A stretch of DNA of 37,039 nucleotides from Solirubrobacterales bacterium (GTDB lineage Bacteria; Actinomycetota; Thermoleophilia; Solirubrobacterales; 70-9), in NCBI GenBank assembly GCA_051961955.1, contig JBQCCT010000071.1, positions 1-37,039 on the forward strand, read 5' to 3'. Position numbers and translations under genes: made by a program. The notes beneath the pieces are model-generated. The model was not told the origin of the DNA. It did not search any database and saw only the letters and a list, made by a program, of their open reading frames with translations. Numbering within the stretch: the stretch's first letter is position 1; every line of letters begins with the position of its first letter. Positions 26,304 through 34,192 of this stretch are shown piece after piece.

Positions 26304-27568
26304 GTCGAGACGCAACCTCCGAGACCTTCGTGAATCCGAAGGTGGGCGCAAGCTGTGATGCGGTGGACTCGTGGTACCGCTATTACGCGGGTTACTCCGC
26401 CAGCTTCGTCGAACAAGCTCTGAACAAGCTCCCCACAACGACGCAACTAGCACTGGATCCTTGGAATGGCACCGGAACGACCACGGTCGTCGCTGCCAGC
26501 AGAAAAATCTCGGCGGTCGGTTTTGATGTCAATCCAGCGCTAGTCGTGGTTTCTCGAGCCAGGTTGCTGGGCGCGGGAGTGTGGGCAAGCATCAATCCGC
26601 TTGGAGACGATGTGATCGCCCACGCGACTGCGACCGAGCTAGACAATGATGCACTTCGGTTTTGGTTCACGGAGCGCGCAGCCAACTCAATCCGAGGTCT
26701 TCAACAAAGCGTCCACCGCCTTCTCGTTGATAGTGGCACCGCCTCTCAGCCTGCCTATAAGACCTCGCCTGAAATGAGCACGCTCGCCGCTTTCTTCTAC
26801 ACGGCGCTGTTCCGCACCGTGCGGGTACTGATAGCCCCGAGGGGCGGGACCAACCCGACCTGGTGGAAGCGAGTTGCTAAAGCAGATCTTCTAGATCCGC
26901 GCCCTAAGGAGATCGTGAATCACTTCCGAGAGTCCACTCGGGAGTTGGCAAGAGGTCTGCACCGGGACAATTTCGACGGTGGTGTTGATGTCCGAGTGGG
27001 GCTGGCCGACAGTCGCAAGCTCCCGCTGGGCGATGACTCGATCGACGTTGTTGTCGGCTCGCCGCCGTACTGCACGCGAATCGATTATGGGGTAGCTACG
27101 CGCCCTGAGCTAGCGGTGCTTGGCGCAGGGGAGAGTGACGTCAAGCTCTTACGAAACAAGATGGTCGGCACGCCAACGATGACGGAGGACCGAGGGACCC
27201 CCGAGCGATGGGGACCAGCCGCGTCTGCGTTCCTCAAAGGCGTGGCGGGACATACCAGCAAGGCCTCAAGTGGTTATTACACGAACTACTTCCGCCAGTA
27301 TTACTCTGGAATGTGGAGTTCCCTCGGCGAGTTGCGCCGAGTAATGCGAGAAAACGCTTTCGCAGTCTTGGTTGTGCAAGACAACTACTACAAGGACCTC
27401 CACAACGACACCGCTGAGATCTTGGGAGAGATGGCAGTCGCGCGTGGCTTCGAGTCCGCCGAGCGCCACGATTTTCCGGTGATTCGGAACCGGGCGAGCA
27501 TGAATCCCCGCGCCCGTCGGTACCGCGCCAAAGCTTCAGCCGTTGAGAGCGTTCTCGTCCTTCGATAA
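26300..27568 (+). CDS. DNA methyltransferase, amino-MTase type (N4-cytosine or N6-adenine), motif I before motif IV
   Basis: Motif I is LDPWNGTGTT (26456-26482). Motif IV is SPPY (27059-27070), about 190 aa downstream. The exact start is uncertain: TTG at 26300, or an internal GTG. Confidence 0.8.
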   Translation: MSRDATSETFVNPKVGASCDAVDSWYRYYAGYSASFVEQALNKLPTTTQLALDPWNGTGTTTVVAASRKISAVGFDVNPALVVVSRARLLGAGVWASINPLGDDVIAHATATELDNDALRFWFTERAANSIRGLQQSVHRLLVDSGTASQPAYKTSPEMSTLAAFFYTALFRTVRVLIAPRGGTNPTWWKRVAKADLLDPRPKEIVNHFRESTRELARGLHRDNFDGGVDVRVGLADSRKLPLGDDSIDVVVGSPPYCTRIDYGVATRPELAVLGAGESDVKLLRNKMVGTPTMTEDRGTPERWGPAASAFLKGVAGHTSKASSGYYTNYFRQYYSGMWSSLGELRRVMRENAFAVLVVQDNYYKDLHNDTAEILGEMAVARGFESAERHDFPVIRNRASMNPRARRYRAKASAVESVLVLR

Positions 27569-27601
27569 GATTTTCATGGAAAACATGGAAGACGTGGTAA
27601 C

Positions 27602-28429
27602 ATGGATTCCATGGAACGAGTCGAAGATCTAATAGAGGTCGTTACTGCCCTCCGACTCGCCAACGAGGCTTTGGTCGAGGCGACTTCGTCCGGCGATACC
27701 GCTGAGGCGACTCGACTACTCGAGGATGTGGCCATCCTCGAGCGCCGCAGGAACCGCCTGGTGCACAAGAGCAACCCGAAGGTGGCCCCAGCCGGATCGT
27801 CATACGAGTCTTCGATCCCCCTGCGAGATCAGCTGATCCGGACCCTGCGGCTTACGAAACGCCCTTCTAGTGCCCGCTTGGTCTCGGATGTAACGAAGTC
27901 TCGCTGGGGCGAGTCGGTGGATACGCGCAAGCTGTCCTCCCTGCGCCGTGACGAGGCGCGAAGCTGGCGAAAATCTCAAGGGCTACCAGGGCGGCGAGCT
28001 CGCGACGTCTACGTTGTGCCGGCGCTGGCCTTCGACCGGTTCACTCCCGTACGCGGAACGATCGCGCTCTCCACCTGGCCGACCAGTCTGCGGCTAATCG
28101 CCCCGCTCTCGCCTCGGGTCGACATGTTGCACAGCACGATCTCACTCGCCGAAGAGGCGTCGGCCGTAACGGGAACGACCTACGAGGACCCGATGATCCG
28201 TCTGGTGGCCCGCCTTGGCGCGACCATTCCAGGAATCAAACCCTTCGGCGCCGATCCCGAGGCCGTAGCTGAGGGCGCTCGAACGGAGCTAATGGAGATC
28301 GAGGCGAATGATGAACTCGAACGCTCTATGGCCGCGAAGCGAGCTGAATCCCAGCTCGATGCAGAGGCCCTTTTGTTCGGTACTCAGATTCAAACGGTCG
28401 CCCTACACGCCACCGGAGAGTCCCGATGA
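27602..28429 (+). CDS. Hypothetical protein (275 aa), no recognisable motif
   Basis: Clean ORF with codon usage consistent with its neighbours. Its stop overlaps the next start (ATGA at 28426-28429). N-terminal helical/coiled region and a basic central region. Confidence 0.6.
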   Translation: MDSMERVEDLIEVVTALRLANEALVEATSSGDTAEATRLLEDVAILERRRNRLVHKSNPKVAPAGSSYESSIPLRDQLIRTLRLTKRPSSARLVSDVTKSRWGESVDTRKLSSLRRDEARSWRKSQGLPGRRARDVYVVPALAFDRFTPVRGTIALSTWPTSLRLIAPLSPRVDMLHSTISLAEEASAVTGTTYEDPMIRLVARLGATIPGIKPFGADPEAVAEGARTELMEIEANDELERSMAAKRAESQLDAEALLFGTQIQTVALHATGESR

Positions 28430-29595
28430 CCAACACGCCAAGTCGGCTCGAAAGTTTCCGTGGAGAATTCCCCCGGCAACAGCTCAATGCGCGCCGCGTC
28501 GCGGGTGCGCTTGAGGCCCCAGGGTGCGAGCGCCGCACCGCGCTTGATGCGGCAGGGGTCAATCTGGACAAACTCGGAAGCTTGGTGAGCGGTCTCCCAA
28601 GGGATCGGCAGTCGCCGTTCGCCATCGCCCGCGGCAACCAGTTCGAGCAACAAGTATTGGCGAACGGGATGGCAGAGATCGTACGTCTTGCGCGACGTCA
28701 TCTTGACCTTGAGATTCCCGAAGTGCGCCAGCTTGACCTCTCCGCATCCGGGCTAAGAGAAGCCTATCCCGGGATGACCGGAAGCAGGATGAATGAGCTG
28801 CGAGCGACGCTTACGCGCCAGCGAGCGCAGGAGATGCTCGACGACCCGACCCACGCACCCAATCTGATCCGGCACGCCATGACCCGTCTCGACTTCGGTG
28901 GCGAGACCGTCTACCTCGAGCAGGACGTACTCGCCTTCGCCATCAACGGGCGGATTCACGTCATCGAGATCAAGTCCTACCCCCGCATTGATGGGCGCGC
29001 TGATCCAGTCCAAGCCTCGGCGACGGTCCGCCAGACCGCGGTATACGTCCTGAGCCTCCAGCAACTCATGCTCGAGATCGGCGCATCCCGAGATCTCGTC
29101 AATACCGTCACGATGATCGTGCTGCCCGAAAACCTGTCCTTTCAGCCGACTGCGGTGCCTATTGACATCGACATGCAGGTCCGCCGACTGCAACGTCAAT
29201 TGGCGACGGTCCCGCGGGCAGATGAGATCCTCGACGCCATCCCTGCCGGAACCCAGCTGCCACCGCACCCTGTTGGCGGGGCCAGTCCTGACGAGATAGC
29301 AACAGCAGTGACGGCCGCCAAAGAGGCCCTCGCACCACTGTCCCCCCGGTTTACGGACGGATGCGTTTCCTGCCCACTGTTCTCCCACTGCCGGGGCGAG
29401 GCGGAGCTCCATCGCTCCACTGCACGACTCGGCTCCGCCGTGGCGGGCGCCTGCGGCAACGTGACCGACATCGGCGCCGTCCTCGACTTGGCCGAGGGCG
29501 GCCGGGGCCCAGCCGACACCTCCGAGCTGGCAGTTGCGGCGGCCCTTGGGCGCGCTGCCGCCGCGGCCCGGCTCGCAACGAGAGGAATCGCGTGA
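28426..29595 (+). CDS. Cas4/RecB-like PD-(D/E)XK nuclease with a predicted 4Fe-4S cluster
   Basis: D167 (28924-28926), E181-I-K183 (28966-28974), Q203xxxY207. C34 plus C313-x2-C316-x5-C322 (29362-29391) is the Cas4/AddB-type cluster pattern. SD GGAGAG upstream. Confidence 0.75.
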   Translation: MTNTPSRLESFRGEFPRQQLNARRVAGALEAPGCERRTALDAAGVNLDKLGSLVSGLPRDRQSPFAIARGNQFEQQVLANGMAEIVRLARRHLDLEIPEVRQLDLSASGLREAYPGMTGSRMNELRATLTRQRAQEMLDDPTHAPNLIRHAMTRLDFGGETVYLEQDVLAFAINGRIHVIEIKSYPRIDGRADPVQASATVRQTAVYVLSLQQLMLEIGASRDLVNTVTMIVLPENLSFQPTAVPIDIDMQVRRLQRQLATVPRADEILDAIPAGTQLPPHPVGGASPDEIATAVTAAKEALAPLSPRFTDGCVSCPLFSHCRGEAELHRSTARLGSAVAGACGNVTDIGAVLDLAEGGRGPADTSELAVAAALGRAAAAARLATRGIA

Positions 29596-31010
29596 ACGCC
29601 CTGCGTACCCATCAGGCTCTTCGCGCTGCTGACGAGGGCCAAGCCATCGCGAAGACGACTCGGCGTCACATCCATCTAAGCCCACGCCCACTTGTCATCG
29701 TCGGCTACCACCTCGCCGGTGATCCCGGTGCACCACTCGCGTTGATGTGGGGAACCAGAAACGATGAACCCCCTCATTGCATGATCGTCCCGGAGCCTCG
29801 TAACCGTGGCCTCCGGTTCGAGGTCCTTGCCGAATTCGCCACCGAGTTCCTGGCCTATCTCGCCAGGTTCGAAAACCGCGACGAAGCCGGGATATGCCTA
29901 GATGCACCCCAACTCGTCGTTCCCAACGCCCCCACCGCCTCATGGCTAAGCGGAATCGTCGGCCGCTTCACCCGCAACCTGCAGACCGACGGCGACTCCC
30001 CAACGCCACTTTCAGTTCCGCTGGCCGGAAAGCATCTTTCCTTCTTCGTCGACCCTATGCCCGGAAGCTGCCTCGTCCTAGCTGCCACCGAGGTCCTTAC
30101 CACGCACTGGCAAACTGGTCAGCTTCCCTCAGAGGACCTCAATCTGGCAGCCCAACTCGGCTGGATCGATCCTCCGGCAGGCAAGAGCGGCCCGCAAGCC
30201 GCCAAGGAAGGAGAGGCGTCACCCCCAGCCGGCCCTAATTCTGACCCCAACTGGGATGCCGAAACCTTGGTCGAACTGATCCAGGATTGGCATGTCGCCA
30301 GAGACGATTCTGCCCGGGCCTCCGTAAGGCGTGATCTGGAGGGGGAGATTCGCGAGCAGCTCACCCCGGCGTGGAGGGACTGCTGGCGAACTCTGGCTTG
30401 CCTTGACTCCCTGCCAGTCGCGGACCACGTCGCTGAGCGGTGGAAATCGGACCGAGAAGATTGGACCTACCACCTCGATCGAGTCACCGAGGGTCGAGCG
30501 TACTTCCGAAACATCCCCACGCCGACCCAAAACGCAAGCCGGCTGGCCTTTCTGGAGGCCCGAACCGATGAGCTTCAGCGCGAGATGGCTTGGGACGATC
30601 CGCTCGTGATGGCAGCGGTAGTAGCCAGTGGCGAGGCCCTCGCTGGGCACGTTGTGGCAGTGGATCCTGACCGCAGAACCCCGAACTCCAATAACTGGAT
30701 GGTGCGCCGACCCTTGATCACGATCGAGCCGGAACTTGAGTTCAGCCGACCGGCCGGGACGATTCTCTTTCTCTCGACTAACCCTGGCGTAAAGCTGAAA
30801 GTGCTGCCATCGGATCCGGATGGCCTGATCCGCACCGAGGTTCTCAAGGGGGCTAACCAAACCTCGACGATCGGGCGTCTCCCCGATTCCGGCGACGACG
30901 TAGTACTCAGCCCATTTGGAAAGCCCGAGCGCTATCAGCGGCCAAAGGTCGAAGGCATCCCTTGGACGCACCAGCAGATCCCTGAAGTTGACTTTGGGGA
31001 CGCCCAGTGA
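29592..31010 (+). CDS. Hypothetical protein (~472 aa), no recognisable motif
   Basis: GTG at 29592 overlaps the nuclease stop (GTGA), and its stop overlaps the helicase start (GTGA at 31007-31010). The ORF prefix from 29361 overlaps the nuclease out of frame and is Arg-rich shadow. Confidence 0.6.
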   Translation: MNALRTHQALRAADEGQAIAKTTRRHIHLSPRPLVIVGYHLAGDPGAPLALMWGTRNDEPPHCMIVPEPRNRGLRFEVLAEFATEFLAYLARFENRDEAGICLDAPQLVVPNAPTASWLSGIVGRFTRNLQTDGDSPTPLSVPLAGKHLSFFVDPMPGSCLVLAATEVLTTHWQTGQLPSEDLNLAAQLGWIDPPAGKSGPQAAKEGEASPPAGPNSDPNWDAETLVELIQDWHVARDDSARASVRRDLEGEIREQLTPAWRDCWRTLACLDSLPVADHVAERWKSDREDWTYHLDRVTEGRAYFRNIPTPTQNASRLAFLEARTDELQREMAWDDPLVMAAVVASGEALAGHVVAVDPDRRTPNSNNWMVRRPLITIEPELEFSRPAGTILFLSTNPGVKLKVLPSDPDGLIRTEVLKGANQTSTIGRLPDSGDDVVLSPFGKPERYQRPKVEGIPWTHQQIPEVDFGDAQ

Positions 31011-32329
31011 GTGGCGCCGAAGCCGCTGCGAACGCTCGTGAGGAAGTGTGGAATGCCGTCGCGGCGGGCACTCGGTCCATCCTGGTCGACAGTCCCCCCG
31101 GCGCCGGCAAGTCGACCCTCGTGCGAGAGATCAGCCGCCGTGCGAAAGCACGCGCTCAGGTGCCCATCATCGTCCAGACGAATGATCAGGCCGACGACAC
31201 GATCCGTGGCTTCCTTGTCGACCAGGAACGCGGCGAGCCAGCCGTGCGGGTCGGCCGTCTCCACGGACACGACTACATACCCCCCGCTGAATTCGGCTCG
31301 CAGCCAGGAGTGACGTTCAGTCAAGCCATTAACGACCTCCATGACAGCGATCTGATTGTCGCCACTGCCGCAAAGTGGGCGACTGTCAACTTCGACCGAA
31401 CCTGGCCTTTTGCCATCGTGGACGAGGCGTACCAGATGCGGTCGGATCTACTGCTCCCAATCGGAGCACTTATGGAGTCGCTCCTCTTGGTCGGCGACCC
31501 GGGTCAGCTGGCCCCGTTCACCACCGCCGACGATACGCAATTCCGAGGCAGACCACTTTCGCCGGTCGAGACGGCGGCCGCAACGATCCTGACGACCCAA
31601 CCGGCGACCGCTCGCTTTGCCCTACCGATCTCCTGGCGCCTACCCAGCCACGCGACGAACTTGATTTCCGACGCTTTTTACGAGATCCCTTTCAGCGCCG
31701 GCACTAGATCAGAACAACGGCGCTTACAACGTGGCGTCATCCCGCTGCATCGCCGACGGGGGGCGGACGCAGTCGACAGTGCTGCACGCCACGGGTGGGC
31801 TTACATCGAGCTCGACGATCTGCTTATGCCTCAGACTGATCCCGACGCCATCGAGGCGATCGTTGAAGTCGTAGAGGAGACCTTGGAAGCCGACATCACG
31901 ATCGAAGACGAGCATGGAAGCAGGGGCCTCCGCCCCAGCGATGTCGCCGTCGGCGTTACGCATCGAGACCAACGAGAGCAACTCCGCACCGCACTTCAGA
32001 ACTCCGGTATGCAGACCGGGCTGCCCGTCGATGGCGTGGTTGTCGACACTGCCAACGTCCTGCAGGGACGCGAGTTCGAGGTTGTCATCGTCTGGCACCC
32101 GCTTTCCGGCCGCCGAGACGCCGGAGAGTTCCATCTCGACGCTGGTCGGCTATGCGTCCTCTTGAGCCGACATCGACATGCCTGCATCGTCGTCTCCCGC
32201 GGCGGGATCCGCAACCAACTCGCCGGCCACGCCCCAACCGAGCCTGTTTGGTTGGGCGAGAAACCGACCGTCGACGGGTGGCACGCTCACCTCACTGTGC
32301 TCGACCACCTCGTTGAGCACGCGGTCTAA
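31007..32329 (+). CDS. Compact superfamily-1 helicase / P-loop ATPase (Upf1/DNA2-like, AAA_11/AAA_12-type)
   Basis: Walker A PPGAGKST (31100-31117), motif II VDEAYQ, motif III LVGDPGQLAP, motif V TANVLQGREFEVVIV, motif VI-like CVLLSRHRHACIVV. Confidence 0.8.
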   Translation: MSGAEAAANAREEVWNAVAAGTRSILVDSPPGAGKSTLVREISRRAKARAQVPIIVQTNDQADDTIRGFLVDQERGEPAVRVGRLHGHDYIPPAEFGSQPGVTFSQAINDLHDSDLIVATAAKWATVNFDRTWPFAIVDEAYQMRSDLLLPIGALMESLLLVGDPGQLAPFTTADDTQFRGRPLSPVETAAATILTTQPATARFALPISWRLPSHATNLISDAFYEIPFSAGTRSEQRRLQRGVIPLHRRRGADAVDSAARHGWAYIELDDLLMPQTDPDAIEAIVEVVEETLEADITIEDEHGSRGLRPSDVAVGVTHRDQREQLRTALQNSGMQTGLPVDGVVVDTANVLQGREFEVVIVWHPLSGRRDAGEFHLDAGRLCVLLSRHRHACIVVSRGGIRNQLAGHAPTEPVWLGEKPTVDGWHAHLTVLDHLVEHAV

Positions 32330-32371
32330 GCGGTTTGCCGAACCCTCGGGCTGTCGACCCGAAGGTCGAAA

Positions 32372-32389
32372 TTAGTACCCACTTAGTAC
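32372..32389 (+). repeat. Right copy of the 18-bp direct repeat TTAGTACCCACTTAGTAC
   Basis: Exact match to 25465-25482. Confidence 0.9.
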
Positions 32390-32423
32390 TCGCGGGCGAT
32401 ACGACGCGAGCGCCCCAGGCGCG

Positions 32424-32450
32424 AAAAGTCCCCATTTCCGGGGCCTTTTC
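32424..32450 (+). terminator. Weak hairpin followed by a T-run, downstream of the helicase gene
   Basis: AAAAGTCCCC-ATTTCC-GGGGCCTTTT. There are four G:C pairs plus an A/T extension with one mismatch. The T-run partly participates in the stem, so the call is tentative. Confidence 0.3.
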
Positions 32451-33035
32451 TAATAGCGGGGGCGGGTTTTGAACGGATATCCGCGACCGCGTACCGGCTC
32501 ACGGCGACCTGGAACTTGACTCAATCACGCGTTCGCGAGCCGCGGCCACAATGGCCCCATCATCCAGGCCCTTCAGCAGCGTGTCGTGGGCCGCGTGAAG
32601 GCGGGGGGAGCCGGCCCCTTGGCGAGTAGTCGTTGTCTCATGTGAGCACACGGACCAAAAGCCTCGCTGAACCGCCCAGGAGGGCCGACCTTAAGTGCCG
32701 AGTGCTTAGACACCGATCTTAGTAGGCGTTAGCCCCCCGCTCCAGAATCACTGCGCGGTTCGTTTCTAACGCCCTGCCGGGAGATCACGACGAGCCTAGT
32801 CAACTGGCGACGGCTTGCGCCTTCCGGATTGGCTTTGGAGTGGATCGAGCCTCTGCGCCCCGGGGCGCCCGAGCAAACCGCTGGGCTGCCCCAGCTCCCG
32901 TGGCTCGGGTCACGAGGCGATAATCGCGTCCTCCTGGTCCTTCAAGTCGGGGTGCAGTGGAAACGTGGTCAGCGGTCGCGGATCTGCCCCTCGTTTCGGC
33001 CTCTCAGCCCACCTTCAAGTACCGTGCTATTCAAT

Positions 33036-33609
33036 GCCTTTGAGATCGAGGTCTAGGCCGAATTCTTCCCTGAACGTGGCGACTTCTTCGAAGGTTGGGG
33101 GTTCGTCGGCTCCGGGTTCGGGGGCGGCGTGTAGGGGACGTTGACCCAGAAGCGCGAGCTTTCCGTGTTGCCCCAGCGGCCCTAGACGATGACTTCAAGC
33201 TGGAGGATGCCGGGAGGCCAGTTGGCGGTGTTCGTCACCCAGGGTCTGATGGAAGTCGCATCGACCGCTACCCCCGCAAGGTTTTCCAGCCCAGAAAGAA
33301 AGAACTATTCAATGCCACTTCCATCCAGGTTGGCGCGCGCGATCGAACCGTGATCTGGTTCAGACCAGTAGATATGCGAGGCGTCAACGGCAACACCTTC
33401 ACAAGCCGCATCGGCGTCGGAAGTAGTGATCGGACATCCGCAATAAATTCGCCATCGAGTTCAGAGCCATTCGTGTTGACCCGTGCCAACCCATATCCAA
33501 ATCCGTGGGGTCCATAAAGCGCCCCGTGAGCGCGACTGGCCGGCGACGTCAGCATCGCAGCAAACACGACTGCCACCATCAGCATTCTGCAGCAGCTCTT
33601 TGCCGACAT
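33036..33609 (-). pseudogene. Decayed gene: signal peptide, YWTD/beta-propeller-like blades, and a fragment paralogous to the megaprotein at 35510-35730
   Basis: 33036-33255 aligns to 35510-35730 at roughly nine in ten positions. It has a 1-nt deletion and an in-frame TAG (complement of 33182-33184, VIV* versus VIVKD). Upstream, the frame must shift to read ACEGVAVDASHIYWSEPDHGSIARANLDGSGIE, which then hits a stop. Confidence 0.6.
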
Positions 33610-33632
33610 GCGGAAAAGCCTCTTGCCAGGGG

Positions 33633-34139
33633 CTAACTCATCACGCGAAAGGTCGCCCGCATTACAGTTCTTGGGCGATCATGTTTTGCGGCTGCCGGCC
33701 AGGCCTCCTTGGACACCCGGTAGATTCCAGGCGTAGCTGACTTTGTCATGTGAATCGCCTGACATCTTCCAACGCTCCCCGATCGAAGGGTCAATCTGGG
33801 CATAAAAAACGAGCCCACGGGCTGGTTGATCCACGAGTTTCGCGCACGTCTTTGTAGCCGATAGGGCAGGCTATAAGCTGCATCGACAGTTCCATGATTC
33901 TCGATGCGGAAACGAATCACGCCGCCAAGTGGCACGGTCTTTCTGGAGCTTACAAGACGCACGTTGAACTTCGTGTTGGGATTGACCTTGACGGCCCTCG
34001 TGACACAGAATGGCCTAATAGCATGTTCTGGCTGCCTCGCGGCACCATCGGTTGGCAACGAAAACCATGCCGCTAGGCCGACCAGCCCCAGCACAACAGT
34101 AGCTTTAATTTCTCTCTGAATTGAAAACATCAAGCTCAC
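33633..34139 (-). CDS. Small membrane-anchored/secreted beta-sandwich-like protein (168 aa), function unknown
   Basis: N-terminal hydrophobic helix (ATVVLGLVGLAAWF), then an alternating beta-strand pattern (VPLGGVIRFRIENHGTV...TPGIYRV). Low GC. Lies 53 bp downstream of the protease gene on the same strand. Confidence 0.55.
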   Translation of the reverse strand: MSLMFSIQREIKATVVLGLVGLAAWFSLPTDGAARQPEHAIRPFCVTRAVKVNPNTKFNVRLVSSRKTVPLGGVIRFRIENHGTVDAAYSLPYRLQRRARNSWINQPVGSFFMPRLTLRSGSVGRCQAIHMTKSATPGIYRVSKEAWPAAAKHDRPRTVMRATFRVMS

Positions 34140-34192
34140 CTCTCAGTGCCTCGCAGATTCCTTAGGACGAGCCTAGACCTCTAACTTTACGT

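Larger units (their letters stand above)
25465..32389. mobile_element. 6.9-kb islet bounded by direct repeats (TA pair plus methyltransferase/nuclease/helicase operon). No recombinase gene inside.
   Basis: Identical 18-mers lie 22 bp beyond the toxin stop and 42 bp beyond the helicase stop. Composition is lower in GC than the core. Confidence 0.5.

Noticed and set aside
25543-26453. 271-aa plus and 277-aa minus ORFs spanning the TA genes, the promoter and the methyltransferase start
   Set aside because: They cross an obvious intergenic control region with tandem repeats. They run antisense to small genes that have a typical RHH/ParE organisation. The translations are Arg/Ser-rich.
27576-27632. 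Short ATG-initiated ORF between the methyltransferase and the 275-aa gene
   Set aside because: It is about 18 codons, out of frame with the downstream gene, and has no supporting signal.
28753-30971. Minus-strand ORFs (312 aa, 159 aa, 250 aa) inside the nuclease and unknown-gene region
   Set aside because: They are antisense to a translationally coupled plus-strand gene chain. The nuclease frame carries precise catalytic and Cys motifs.
32815-33144. 109-aa plus-strand ORF
   Set aside because: It overlaps, antisense, the decayed paralog fragment. It has no start context or motifs.
32789-34176. 11-nt repeat GACGAGCCTAG at 32789-32799 and 34166-34176
   Set aside because: Many chance 11-mer matches are expected in a window of this size, and there is no extension of similarity on either side.
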